Positions 1 to 10,183 of a stretch of 52,924 nucleotides of DNA are shown here, piece after piece (position 1 is the first letter of the stretch; every line of letters begins with the position of its first letter). Position numbers and translations under genes: made by a program. The stretch comes from Promethearchaeota archaeon. GTDB taxonomy: Archaea; Asgardarchaeota; Lokiarchaeia; Sigyniarchaeales; SOKP01. The stretch is from the NCBI GenBank assembly GCA_018238625.1, contig JABCSY010000016.1, positions 1 to 52,924 of the forward strand, read 5' to 3'. The notes below the pieces were generated by a model. The model was not told the origin of the DNA and made no database searches. It worked only from the letters and a program-made list of their open reading frames with translations.

Positions 1-203
1 CATCTGAGAAGCAATGTAATTAAATTTAAGTTAATCTTTCTCTTGCCCATTTATTATAATGATGTGTTGCATTAAAATAAAATCAAGAATTAATGCTGTA
101 AATTTATTCTTTTAAATATACTCTCTGAAAAACGTTATGAACAAAAGAATATTAACTCGTTTTTTTATTTCAAAATCGGTTTTAATTTGCTAATCCAAAT
201 TTA

Positions 204-232
204 TTGACACATATAGCCTTTTATTCTATCTT
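204..232 (+). promoter_or_regulatory. bacterial sigma70-like promoter (-35 TTGACA / 17 nt / -10 TATCTT)
   Basis: TTGACA at 204-209, 17-nt spacer, TATCTT at 227-232; G-rich SD-like AAGGGGG before ATG 272. Confidence 0.55.
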
Positions 233-271
233 GGTAGGAAATATTTAAATTAAGTTTCAAAGGGGGGCTAA

Positions 272-967
272 ATGAATTGGAGATATATTACATTACTAAT
301 ACTCGTTTCATTTATAAACGTAACCAATGTCTCGGCACAAGCGCCATCGGCAACTCTCGTCGATCCACCCGACAGTTCGTTTACCGCGTGCCGAACGCAG
401 ACAATATTAATCGCAGTTGATCACATCGATCCTATTGTTCCAGAGAGTCTGGTTTTAACTGTGGGAAGTGATATTTTCGCCTGGGGTAGTCCGGAACTCA
501 TGTATGCAAACGATACTATAAGGCTTCATCCACCAGTGAATTATTTCTCGTCTGGTTCTGTGCCACTGGTTCTATCGCCAGTATTCGATAACAGAGGATT
601 GAGCAGTCCATCCTACTCATGGGAATTTTACGTCGATACCGAAATACCTATCATAGAAAACATACGACCAAGTCCCGGTTCGTCTGTTGCAGGTAGCTTA
701 TTCTTCGATGCTTATGATTGCAACTTAGGTTCGCCGCACTCTTCAGGCGTTGCATATGAATCGATACAGGTTTTTGTCGATAATCGAACAGGAACTTATG
801 ATTTATCCTCTGACATTAACCGAAATGGCGTAACACTGAGCGTGGACCTTCTCGACCCCACAATTGTATACACTCCCAACGAGGATTTCACTGTGCGGAT
901 ATCGATTCAAGATAGAGTGGATTCCGACCATTGTGGACCAAATTCTATAGATACAATGATGGCATAA
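272..967 (+). CDS. secreted beta-rich (Ig-like repeat) protein, probably C-terminally truncated, bacterial-like
   Basis: N-terminal signal peptide (MNWRYITLLILVSF...SAQA); visibly higher GC and different amino-acid composition from the rest of the window. Confidence 0.6.
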   Translation: MNWRYITLLILVSFINVTNVSAQAPSATLVDPPDSSFTACRTQTILIAVDHIDPIVPESLVLTVGSDIFAWGSPELMYANDTIRLHPPVNYFSSGSVPLVLSPVFDNRGLSSPSYSWEFYVDTEIPIIENIRPSPGSSVAGSLFFDAYDCNLGSPHSSGVAYESIQVFVDNRTGTYDLSSDINRNGVTLSVDLLDPTIVYTPNEDFTVRISIQDRVDSDHCGPNSIDTMMA

Positions 968-1163
968 AATATCCGACAAAAAATTATTACTTGTTTATTT
1001 AAAGTATTTTGAGAGCGAGTATTGATCTTGCGAGATGTGTTTGGTATTTCCAAAGAGAAAATTGTTTGATTAAATGTAAAATTATTTAATTAATAATCAA
1101 AAACTACTACTCTGTATTTTATTATATACAATAATTCTCTAACTTTTAATATAATTTTATCGG

Positions 1164-2378
1164 GTGTTCTTTATAACAATAGATTACTTTGAAGATTTAT
1201 TAAAAAAACCTTCATTATTCAAAAACGAGAGTAAACTTGATATTAATTTCATTCCAGAGAAGTTAATACATCGAGAAAAGGAATTGGTGTTATTATCTCA
1301 ACTTTTTTTAGTGTTAATTACAAATCCAAATGCTTTATCGCGTAAAATTTTAATTATAGGAAAAACGGGAATAGGGAAAACAGCAGCAATTAAATTGTTT
1401 GGAGAGATGATAACAAATGCCGCAGAAAAAAGATCTGTATTAATTAAATATGTACATATTAATTGTCGGAAAGAAAGAACTAGTTACAAAGTTCTAATCA
1501 AAATTGTTCGTGCACTTAATAAAAATTTTCCAAAAAGAGGATATTCGCCCCAAGATTTACTAGATATTATTGTAGACTCAGTTAATAACCAAAATTTGCA
1601 ACTTTTAATAGCTTTGGATGAGTTAGGTTATTTAATAAATAAAGGTGGAGATTTGATGTATTCTCTTACGAGAATTAACGACGATTCTTTTAACGCTCGA
1701 CAATGCATTTCTATTATAGGGATAGCGAGAGATATTTCATGTTTAAGCAACTTGGATGTTAGTACTATGAGTACGCTTCAAAGGAACATAGTCAAATTTA
1801 AAGATTACACAAAAGAACAATTGTATGATATTTTGAAGTACAGAGCAGAGATAAGTTTAAAAGAAAATGTTATTTCTAATAAATTAATCAAAACTATTTC
1901 AGATTTGGTTTATCATAGTGGAGATATTAGATATGGGTTAAATCTTTTATGGAAATCAAGTAAAATTGCTGAAAGTCAGGATTTAAAATATATCACTATG
2001 GAATGCGTACGTCTTGGAAATCACGATATAGTTCCATTTTCTACTCTAGATGTTTTAAAATATATGACATTACAGAAAGTAATTTTTTTATTAGCAATTA
2101 TCAAAGCTTTACAGAAAAGTGGAAAGATTCAAATTTCTTCATCAGTAATTACAAATTCATATTTGATTTTATGCGAGAATTTAGGAATTCAACCTCGGTC
2201 GTATTCACAATTATGGAATTATCTTCAAGATTTTAAAAGAGAAAATTTAATAACTGTGGAGATCAAAAGTGAGGCTATAAAGGGTCGAAAGGCTTTAGTT
2301 GCAGTTCAAGAGATTTCACTTTCAAAATTTGAAGAGATAATCATAAACATTTTACAATCTAAGGGAATTAAGATTTGA
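1164..2378 (+). CDS. cdc6: Cdc6/Orc1 replication initiator (AAA+ ATPase plus wHTH)
   Basis: FIPEKLIHRE, Walker A GKTGIGKT, HINC, Walker B IALDE, GDIR sensor 2; exact start uncertain. Confidence 0.93.
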   Translation: MFFITIDYFEDLLKKPSLFKNESKLDINFIPEKLIHREKELVLLSQLFLVLITNPNALSRKILIIGKTGIGKTAAIKLFGEMITNAAEKRSVLIKYVHINCRKERTSYKVLIKIVRALNKNFPKRGYSPQDLLDIIVDSVNNQNLQLLIALDELGYLINKGGDLMYSLTRINDDSFNARQCISIIGIARDISCLSNLDVSTMSTLQRNIVKFKDYTKEQLYDILKYRAEISLKENVISNKLIKTISDLVYHSGDIRYGLNLLWKSSKIAESQDLKYITMECVRLGNHDIVPFSTLDVLKYMTLQKVIFLLAIIKALQKSGKIQISSSVITNSYLILCENLGIQPRSYSQLWNYLQDFKRENLITVEIKSEAIKGRKALVAVQEISLSKFEEIIINILQSKGIKI

Positions 2379-2659
2379 TAGTTAAAGAAAATTTTAACAT
2401 AGAGAATATATTAGGTTCAAAAGCGAGAATAAAAATATTAAAATTACTTGCTATAAACCAAGAATTATCAATATCTCAAATTATAAAAAAAACAAGGTTG
2501 AATCACGCAAGCGTTAAATCTCATCTAAATCATTTAAAATCATTAAATCTAGTTCAAGAAAAAATATTTGGACGGATTAAAATATATCGATATAAAACTG
2601 AAAACATTCGCGCTAAGAGTTTAAAGAAATTTATTGAAATTTGGGAAGGAGAATTATGA
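2375..2659 (+). CDS. ArsR-like winged-HTH transcriptional regulator
   Basis: LGSKARIKILKLL...SISQI...VKSHLNHL...GRIKIY pattern; 4-nt overlap with cdc6. Confidence 0.8.
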   Translation: MIVKENFNIENILGSKARIKILKLLAINQELSISQIIKKTRLNHASVKSHLNHLKSLNLVQEKIFGRIKIYRYKTENIRAKSLKKFIEIWEGEL

Positions 2660-2663
2660 ATAA

Positions 2664-3326
2664 ATGATTTTAAATGATTTCTTTTTTTTTTTCTATTCAA
2701 ATATAGTATTATTTTATTGTATGTATCGAGATATCAAGTTTAGAATCATACCCAATAAAGTTCTTTCGGTGTTGTTATTAATAGGTAGCTTCTTATTTTT
2801 TATTGAACTTTTGCATTTTTATAATAACGTATTAATTTTTATAATAGTAAAGATATGGTTTCTTTTTTTTGCGTTTTTTTTATCGTTTTTATTATTTTGT
2901 TTAAAGATAATCGGAGGGAGTGATGGTAAGTTATTAACAATGCTATTTCTTTTTAATCCAATATATTATTTGAATTTTCAGTGGTTATTTTTATTTTTTT
3001 CAGTTTTATTATTATTATATTTAATATTGGGAATAATTAGCTACCTGATTACACACAATTTAACAAATAAGAATGTTTATGAGATGTTTTTTAGTGAAAA
3101 TGAAAATTTCTCAAAAATGCATAAAATTTTTATTGAAATATTTTATAAATTTAGAGATTTTTCACAACTCAATAAATTCAATGACGAAAAATATCTCTTA
3201 AAATCATTAATTCTATTTTATAATAATAAAACAGAAAAGATTCAATTTTTAACCCAATATAGACCTCCAATTGTTATCCTTATTTTTTTTACTTACAATT
3301 TTTTAATATTCAATTATCTTTGTTGA
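2664..3326 (+). CDS. A24-family prepilin peptidase (TadV/PibD-like)
   Basis: DIKFRIIPN (first catalytic Asp) and GGSDGK (GxGD-type second Asp) in a polytopic membrane protein. Confidence 0.85.
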   Translation: MILNDFFFFFYSNIVLFYCMYRDIKFRIIPNKVLSVLLLIGSFLFFIELLHFYNNVLIFIIVKIWFLFFAFFLSFLLFCLKIIGGSDGKLLTMLFLFNPIYYLNFQWLFLFFSVLLLLYLILGIISYLITHNLTNKNVYEMFFSENENFSKMHKIFIEIFYKFRDFSQLNKFNDEKYLLKSLILFYNNKTEKIQFLTQYRPPIVILIFFTYNFLIFNYLC

Positions 3327-3452
3327 AAAAAGTGAGTTTACTTTTTTAGAGTTATTAGGTAAAAATGAAATAAAAATTATAAAGAAAATTTTAAATTAGT
3401 TAATTTTTATTAAATTATTGAATTTTAATTATCTTAAGGTGTAATTTAAAGA

Positions 3453-3839
3453 ATGGAAATTGAAAAAACTAGAGAAACATCATGGAAAATTCAGCTAAAA
3501 AATAAAAATGAAAGTATAGAATTAACTTCAGTAGAAATTAGTGGTGAAGTTCGAATAATTAAACTTACTTTATTAAAAAATAGCGAGTCTATAATCGTAG
3601 AAATGGCTAAAGAAGAGTTTTTTAATTTTCTATCCTTAATTACTGCTTTTAAAGATGTTGTAATTGGCGAAGATCAAATTATTCTAACAGAAAGTTTAAT
3701 TTCGAGCGAGATTGAAGCTCAAAATCAGGTAGTTGAGGAAGATAATGATTATCTTGAATTTCAAGCTAAACCAACTGAGGAAAATGTTGGAAATAATGAA
3801 AGTGAAGAACTTAACCCTGAAGAATGGGATCCTTGGTAA
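3453..3839 (+). CDS. hypothetical protein with acidic C-terminal tail ending EEWDPW
   Basis: ATG ORF with SD-like AAGGTG and typical codon usage. Confidence 0.7.
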   Translation: MEIEKTRETSWKIQLKNKNESIELTSVEISGEVRIIKLTLLKNSESIIVEMAKEEFFNFLSLITAFKDVVIGEDQIILTESLISSEIEAQNQVVEEDNDYLEFQAKPTEENVGNNESEELNPEEWDPW

Positions 3840-3848
3840 AATAAGTCT

Positions 3849-4349
3849 TTAAATGCTTTTCTCAATTCTAAATTCACATGAGCCAAAACTAGGGTTTTCT
3901 ATACAACAATTATTTTCTATAACATTTACTCTGTATAGAGCATATTCGCCAAAGCCAGCTAATAATCCTGTTATATAATAGCAGATATATTTTGATTTGC
4001 TATCTAAATCATTAGAAATGTTATGATGGAGCTCAATTACAATTAAATTATCAGAAATCTTTTTTGGAGTAAAACTACCCCAACCATGATTGCTTAATAT
4101 ACTAGTAAATTGATTGACTAGATCATTTAATGTTTTGGATTTTAAACTATCATCCCATTTTTGAATTATCGCCCAACCTACTTTTTTACCTAGCCACACT
4201 AATAAAGATTTTACACCTTCCCCATAAATTGATGATAAAATGTTAATGATTTGTGGAGGGAAAAATACAAACCGTTCATTAAATAAATCATATTTCCCGT
4301 TGCTATACTTTAATCCCTTCAATTTTAAATTTCGCATAATTTTATTCAA
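3849..4349 (-). CDS. V4R (4-vinyl reductase) domain protein
   Basis: ERFVFFP, LGKKVG, GWG, ICYYITGLLAG, ENNC...CEFRI signature. Confidence 0.8.
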   Translation of the reverse strand: MNKIMRNLKLKGLKYSNGKYDLFNERFVFFPPQIINILSSIYGEGVKSLLVWLGKKVGWAIIQKWDDSLKSKTLNDLVNQFTSILSNHGWGSFTPKKISDNLIVIELHHNISNDLDSKSKYICYYITGLLAGFGEYALYRVNVIENNCCIENPSFGSCEFRIEKSI

Positions 4350-4538
4350 CTCATTTCCATATAATTCTATGATAATTCGTAATTATATATTAGCTATTGC
4401 AATCGTTTTTATAAAAATATAATTTTAAAATAATTATTAACATTATAATATATTATAAAATTCTTCCTAATTCTCTATTTTTATTTATAATACTTTTTAT
4501 AATCTTAGAAATTTAAATAGTTTTTTCTTTAATAAATA

Positions 4539-4841
4539 ATGTACATGTCAGAGTTAAATTTTATTCTATTTGAATTCTATTCGTTATTGGTATTTTTTAT
4601 TTTTATTTTTGCGTTTTCTGTTATATCTGCTGAGCCAATTGCAATTTTTATTTCTATAGTTTTGTTTTTTATTTTTTTGATGCCATTTTTTCAAATTTTA
4701 AATAAAATAGAGGTTTTTGTTTTTATTGAAGGATTTGAAACTGTGTTCTTTAAAACCGTGGTTTCTTATTCTAAATTACTAGTCCTTTTTATTGGAATTT
4801 TTTTGTTTGTAGAATTAATTTATGTTTTTTTATTTAACTAG
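4539..4841 (+). CDS. small membrane protein, unknown function
   Basis: About three hydrophobic helices. Confidence 0.6.
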   Translation: MYMSELNFILFEFYSLLVFFIFIFAFSVISAEPIAIFISIVLFFIFLMPFFQILNKIEVFVFIEGFETVFFKTVVSYSKLLVLFIGIFLFVELIYVFLFN

Positions 4842-4859
4842 GAATTCTTCAACTCTTTC

Positions 4860-6398
4860 TTAAATGTAATTTAATATATTTATACATGAGAAGAAAAATG
4901 CTAATCCATATAATGCATTAGAAACAACCAATAAGATTTTTCTTCTCTCATAGTTTATTATTCTCAAAAAATAATAGGAGGATATAAAAACACAATATAA
5001 GAGGGAGAAAAATATAATAATAAAATCGTAAGTAAATATTAAATCGAAGAACGAGGTTAAGTTGAAACCAGGATTAAAAGTAACATTGTTAATCACATAA
5101 TTAAATAGGGGAACTAAGCCTCCAATTCCTCCAATAATTATAGGTAATAAAAATAAAAACAATAAAACTTTAAATCTTTCTCCCCGAATTATTATTTCTA
5201 ACCGATTTTCAAGTTTTTGGTGATTTGATATTACATTTAAGATATCTGTTATCTTTTCATGAGAGAGAAAAGCATTCTCAGCAATAATCTTCCCTATAAC
5301 ATCCAAAATTAATTTGAATCGTATCGATTTCAATTCAAAATGTAGGTTTTCTAGTATTTCGTCAAATGAGCAAGAGAAGTTTAAAAGTTGTGAAATTTGT
5401 GTTTTTAATGGCTTTTCTAATATTTTAAATTGTTGTTTATTCTGGGAATATGATTTAAGAAATGCTATTTCAGGAGATATATTTCTTTTTAAATTCATGG
5501 TAAACCCACTAAGGAAAGAAATAAATTCATCAAACTTTTTTTTCTCCTTCTTTGAGTAATTGTTTATTAATCCCAATAAAAAAAAGTCATTTTTTAAAAA
5601 TTTTTTATTTAGAAATTTTAATGAGAGGAAAAAAAGCGGTAAAATAGAAATTAATAAAAAATAATTAATTCTTTGAAATAAAATTAAAAAACATAAACCC
5701 AATGGGAAAAATAAGCCAATAAAGAATAAAACGGTTAATTTAGATTCAATTTCTCTCAGATACGTTCTAAATTGTTTTTCTAATGAATTTTCACTTAAAT
5801 CATTCCTAATATTATTATAACTGAAATTTGATAAGAGCAGGCTCTTTAAATATGAATTAAAATCTTCTGAGGGTGTAATAATCCCAGACAACAAGGCTTC
5901 TGGATTTTGACCCAGTTGAATTTTACTTAATATTTCTCCAAAATCTTTTGATATTGGAAGTTTATACTCTTTAATTAGCTTAATAAAATTGATGGAATAA
6001 TCTGCATTTTCTCCCAGTGATTTCTGAATTAAGGAAAAATAAATTTTAACAAGATACAATAAGGCATTTATTTGTTTCTCTTTCTTTTTAATCTCTTTAT
6101 AAAACCCAATATTAAAAGTGTAAGAAAAAAATAATGCTAAGATAAAAGAATAAGTTACTACTATTATTAGACTAAAATTTGTGATAAGTATTGAACTAAT
6201 AAAGAGGACTATAAAAGATATTAGAAAGATTATAAAACTAGCTTTATTAATATCATTTTCTTCGATTTTAAATTCTTTTTTGTATGTTAATTTATACCTA
6301 TCATCCAATTCTTTGAACTTTATACAAGGGAGGTTATAAGGATGGATTTTCTGACAGAAACGGATTAAATTATCGCTTAACACCATAGAATCAGTCAT
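4860..6398 (-). CDS. TadB/TadC (T2SS F / ArlJ-like) pilus platform membrane protein
   Basis: Two repeated units of a cytoplasmic helical domain (LGQNPEALL; NISPEIAF) followed by TM segments; co-oriented downstream of the secretion ATPase. Confidence 0.7.
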   Translation of the reverse strand: MTDSMVLSDNLIRFCQKIHPYNLPCIKFKELDDRYKLTYKKEFKIEENDINKASFIIFLISFIVLFISSILITNFSLIIVVTYSFILALFFSYTFNIGFYKEIKKKEKQINALLYLVKIYFSLIQKSLGENADYSINFIKLIKEYKLPISKDFGEILSKIQLGQNPEALLSGIITPSEDFNSYLKSLLLSNFSYNNIRNDLSENSLEKQFRTYLREIESKLTVLFFIGLFFPLGLCFLILFQRINYFLLISILPLFFLSLKFLNKKFLKNDFFLLGLINNYSKKEKKKFDEFISFLSGFTMNLKRNISPEIAFLKSYSQNKQQFKILEKPLKTQISQLLNFSCSFDEILENLHFELKSIRFKLILDVIGKIIAENAFLSHEKITDILNVISNHQKLENRLEIIIRGERFKVLLFLFLLPIIIGGIGGLVPLFNYVINNVTFNPGFNLTSFFDLIFTYDFIIIFFSLLYCVFISSYYFLRIINYERRKILLVVSNALYGLAFFFSCINILNYI

Positions 6399-6407
6399 GT
6401 TATAAAT

Positions 6408-6836
6408 TTAATTAAAAATTACAGCAATAAAATTTTGAAAACATGAAACATTTAATATAAAAGTTGTTGAAGGTAAATTTCTGTAAAAATGATTGATGAA
6501 AGGTTTATTATATTCGTAAATTTTATAGTTTAATTTATTTTCAATTAAAAAATCGTATTTAACATAAAAATCACTAAATGTAACATTCAAATTTTTAGGG
6601 TAATTAATTTCACTTAAATAATTCGCACCTGGATTCTTAATGATGAACTTGACGGCCAAATCTACCTCATTAATGAAATCTTCATAGGCTATTATGTCGT
6701 TTTCTATCGTTCCATTAAATTCAGAAATTTGCGTAATAAATGGATTAATCATTGATAGAAATATAGTTAAAACAAAAATTCCAAAACCCGTTAATAGTGC
6801 CTTTTCTAACAGATTTGTCATATATGATTTTAACAA
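6408..6836 (-). CDS. pilin-like protein (putative minor pilin)
   Basis: MTNLLEKALLTGFGIFVLTIFL resembles the Flp pilin N-terminus GNLLEYALL; lies between the ATPase and platform genes; likely ATG start at 6821. Confidence 0.6.
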   Translation of the reverse strand: MLKSYMTNLLEKALLTGFGIFVLTIFLSMINPFITQISEFNGTIENDIIAYEDFINEVDLAVKFIIKNPGANYLSEINYPKNLNVTFSDFYVKYDFLIENKLNYKIYEYNKPFINHFYRNLPSTTFILNVSCFQNFIAVIFN

Positions 6837-6837
6837 T

Positions 6838-9024
6838 CTACAAATTTAAACTACATGAGTTTTTCCAATTTTCCCAAAATAAACAGAGGTTCTCTAGATT
6901 ATCGGAAGAATGAAAAGAAACTTGATCAAAAAACTTAATTAATTCATTTATTGATAATTTATCAATTTTTTGAAGAGTACTAAATATGTTTTTATAAAGA
7001 TTAAATAATACTTGAAATTTTTCTTTACTAATATCTTCGTATCTTCTTAGCTTAAAGATAATGTTTGAATTAAATAAATTTATTAGGTTCGCCCAGTTCT
7101 TTTTTTGAGGATTGAATTTGAAAAGGGTTTGATAAATATCTTTATTATCTACAAAATTATCATTTATTTCCGAAATTGAATCAATAAATCTTTTTTCTCG
7201 ATTTTTTTTCATGAAAACTATAAGCCCTAAATCTCTTAAACATGAAATATGAATTTTGAAATGATGAATTATTCTATTTATAAAAGAACCAATGTCGTTA
7301 GAATGAATCGTTTGAAACCCTTTTAACCCTGCGGCTAAACAGTGAAACATTGCCTCCGCTTCCTCTTTAGTTAGAATTTCCCCTAAATAAATAATATCAG
7401 GTGTACGATGTAATAAATTCCTAATTTGATTTTGTTTTGAAAGTTTATGGTTTAATCCTACTTGGAGGGAATCAACTTTATATTTTAATTGATGTTTTTC
7501 GTATTTTGATTGGTTTAATGATTCAATTACATTTTCTACATATATTTTTCGAAATTCTTTTGGTGTTAGTAAATCTAATGCGTTTATTAATGTTGTTTTT
7601 CCAGTATCAGTCTCACCAGTAACCGTGATATTCACTCTTCTTATAAGCGATAAATATAAAAATGCGGCTATTGCGGGATTAAGAGTTCCGTTTTTCAGTA
7701 AATCCTGAACAGTTAATATGTTTTTATTTAACTTTCTTATATCTAATGCGAAAGTATTTAGCTGAATTGGTCCAACATCGATCGCAAACCTGCAATAAAA
7801 ATATTTATTCTTTATTACTACTTTAATACTTGGATTGGAATAGTCAAGTCTCTTTCCACTATATATTCTTAGAAATGTTTTTAATCGCTCAATTTCCTTT
7901 AAAGTAAATTTAATATCTGTTCTGCAACGTCCAAATTTTTGATGATTTATGTAGATCTTATCATTTGGGGAATCTAAAAAAATTTCTTCAATAAAATCGT
8001 CAATTAAAAGAGGAAAAATCTTTTCTAAGTTTAATTTACATAATGCTGCGATATACCCAATTCTTTCCCTTTCGAATAATGGAAACTTATATTTTGAATC
8101 TAAATAATTTAAAGCTTCTTTATTGTATATACTTACTAAAGTTTCTAACGGAGCTATTTTATTAATATCGAGGAGTTTTAAATTGTTTTTGACATCTAGT
8201 ACAACCTTTTTAAAATAGTTTTCATCAATTACGGATTCAAATGAATATTGTACAGTATATTTTTTTTCATATTCATTAGCAATATCATAAATATAAATTT
8301 GAAATATTTGATTATCTCCCGTTTTGTATTTTTCAAATAAATCACCTGTAGAAACTATTACAGCTTTGTCAAAACTCTTTTTTTCCTCAAAAAATAACGA
8401 TTTTTTGAAAAAGAATTCTTTGTAAAATTTGTTAAAATCTTTGGAATTGCTATTACTTTTAAGAAACCTTTTATAACTTTGAACGATTTTCAGTTCATTT
8501 AGGGCATTTAAGAGAGTTTCTAGTAAAACTAATACTTTTCTAGAGCAATTTTGACACTCTATATTAGTATATTCGTGATCTTTTAGTTCATTAATTTTTT
8601 CAGAAATAAAATTAAAAACATAAAGTGGATTTAAGATAAGATCGTTACTAGAAGAGAGAAATTTATCATGTAAAGCTGTGACTTTACAATTAAATTCTTG
8701 ATAAATGCATTTTTTTTTTCCTATACTCTCAATTTTTCTCCAAGTTTTTTTAATATAACTTATTTTTTTAAAATAATTCAAAAATAATGAAATTTGATAG
8801 TGTTCGATTAATGGATCATGGATTTTTGTTGTTAAATTTTTAAAAACTTTTTTTCTATTTAAATATAAATTTTTTAAAACACATGATATACATTCTCCAT
8901 TTTGAAATAAATCCTCTATTGCCCTTGAACACTCAGAACAATCAATAACTAAAATTTTCTCTTCTTTGTTGCTTAAAGTCTCTCTTACTTGTATATGGCA
9001 TAAATTTTCAAATTTTACTGTCAT
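6838..9024 (-). CDS. type II/IV secretion ATPase (TadA/CpaF/VirB11 family) with Cys-rich N-terminal domain
   Basis: IEEIFLD, DIRK, Walker A GETDTGKTT, Walker B PDIIYLGEI, His box FQTIH. Confidence 0.9.
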   Translation of the reverse strand: MTVKFENLCHIQVRETLSNKEEKILVIDCSECSRAIEDLFQNGECISCVLKNLYLNRKKVFKNLTTKIHDPLIEHYQISLFLNYFKKISYIKKTWRKIESIGKKKCIYQEFNCKVTALHDKFLSSSNDLILNPLYVFNFISEKINELKDHEYTNIECQNCSRKVLVLLETLLNALNELKIVQSYKRFLKSNSNSKDFNKFYKEFFFKKSLFFEEKKSFDKAVIVSTGDLFEKYKTGDNQIFQIYIYDIANEYEKKYTVQYSFESVIDENYFKKVVLDVKNNLKLLDINKIAPLETLVSIYNKEALNYLDSKYKFPLFERERIGYIAALCKLNLEKIFPLLIDDFIEEIFLDSPNDKIYINHQKFGRCRTDIKFTLKEIERLKTFLRIYSGKRLDYSNPSIKVVIKNKYFYCRFAIDVGPIQLNTFALDIRKLNKNILTVQDLLKNGTLNPAIAAFLYLSLIRRVNITVTGETDTGKTTLINALDLLTPKEFRKIYVENVIESLNQSKYEKHQLKYKVDSLQVGLNHKLSKQNQIRNLLHRTPDIIYLGEILTKEEAEAMFHCLAAGLKGFQTIHSNDIGSFINRIIHHFKIHISCLRDLGLIVFMKKNREKRFIDSISEINDNFVDNKDIYQTLFKFNPQKKNWANLINLFNSNIIFKLRRYEDISKEKFQVLFNLYKNIFSTLQKIDKLSINELIKFFDQVSFHSSDNLENLCLFWENWKNSCSLNL

Positions 9025-9156
9025 CTATCTATTTTTTTTATAACGTAAATTTAAAAAGTCCATTTTTTTTATTTTAGGGATTTAAATGTTATTATTTAAT
9101 GCAAAACTTTTTTTATTTTAAATAATTTAGAATTTTAAAGTCATAAGTGATTACAT

Positions 9157-10176
9157 ATGGGTCACCGTAAAAAACATGCTCCAAGACGCGGTTCATTAGC
9201 GTTTCTTCCTAGGAAAAGAGCCACATCTGCTAAAGGTAGAGTAAGACACTGGTTAGATACATCTGAAAATGTTATCTTTTTAGGGTTTGCTGGTTTCAAA
9301 GCAGGTATGACTCATATCACATATATAGAAGATCAAAAAAATAGCCCTTATTATGGAAAAGAATTGATGAAACCAGTTACTGTTATTGAAGTTCCTCCTT
9401 TAATCCTCATTGGAATCAGAATTTATAATGAAGATGAGTATGGAAAATATATAGAGGGAGATATTTTTTCTACTGAATTAAATAATTATCTTAATCGCAA
9501 AATTAACATTCCAAATTTCGAGAAATACAATTTTGATGGAATTAAAGAAAAACTCTCTAAAGCCTTAAATGCTACAAGTGATATTAGGGGGATTTTTCAA
9601 ACTCAACCACATCTTACATCTATACCAAGAAAAAAGCCCGATATTATTGAAATTAAGTTGAACTCTATAGGATCCCCAATAGATGAATTTAATTTTGCTT
9701 TAGAACATTTAGGTAAAGAAATTAAGGCACGGGATGTTTTAATTGAAGGCGAATTAATTGATATATTAGCGGTAACAAAAGGAAAAGGATTTCAAGGACC
9801 CGTAAAAAGATATGGAGTGAAAATCCTAACCCGAAAAAATAGTAAAGCTAGAAGAGTTGTAGCGTGTATAGGTCCTTGGCATCCGGCGAGAGTGCTTTAT
9901 ACAGTTCCGCGCCCTGGGCAAATGGGATATCATCAAAGGACTGAATATCATAAAAGAATTATGGTTATTGGAGAAAATGAAGAAGAAATAAACCCTAAGG
10001 GTGGTTTTATTAGATATGGGAAAGTTAACGGAGATTATCTTCTTGTGTTAGGATCCATACCGGGTCCAAAAAATCGGTTAATTAGAATAAGAAAAACAAT
10101 TAGACCAGTAAAGTCTTTTATGGTCAAATCACCAGAAATAACATTTATAAGTAGAGAAAGTCAACAAAGAAAATAG
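9157..10176 (+). CDS. rpl3: 50S ribosomal protein uL3
   Basis: HAPRRGSLAFLPRKR, GFKAGMTH, TKGKGFQGPVKR, GQMGYHQRTE. Confidence 0.98.
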   Translation: MGHRKKHAPRRGSLAFLPRKRATSAKGRVRHWLDTSENVIFLGFAGFKAGMTHITYIEDQKNSPYYGKELMKPVTVIEVPPLILIGIRIYNEDEYGKYIEGDIFSTELNNYLNRKINIPNFEKYNFDGIKEKLSKALNATSDIRGIFQTQPHLTSIPRKKPDIIEIKLNSIGSPIDEFNFALEHLGKEIKARDVLIEGELIDILAVTKGKGFQGPVKRYGVKILTRKNSKARRVVACIGPWHPARVLYTVPRPGQMGYHQRTEYHKRIMVIGENEEEINPKGGFIRYGKVNGDYLLVLGSIPGPKNRLIRIRKTIRPVKSFMVKSPEITFISRESQQRK

Positions 10177-10183
10177 TGATTTT

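Noticed and set aside
968-1163. Possible replication origin upstream of cdc6
   Set aside because: AT-rich, but only a weak TTCCAAAGAGAAAA resembles an ORB; no repeated ORBs, and the region may be cut by a junction.
2682-2692. T11 tract at the 5' end of the prepilin peptidase (phase variation?)
   Set aside because: Long A/T homopolymers are common here, even in rpl4; the frame is intact.
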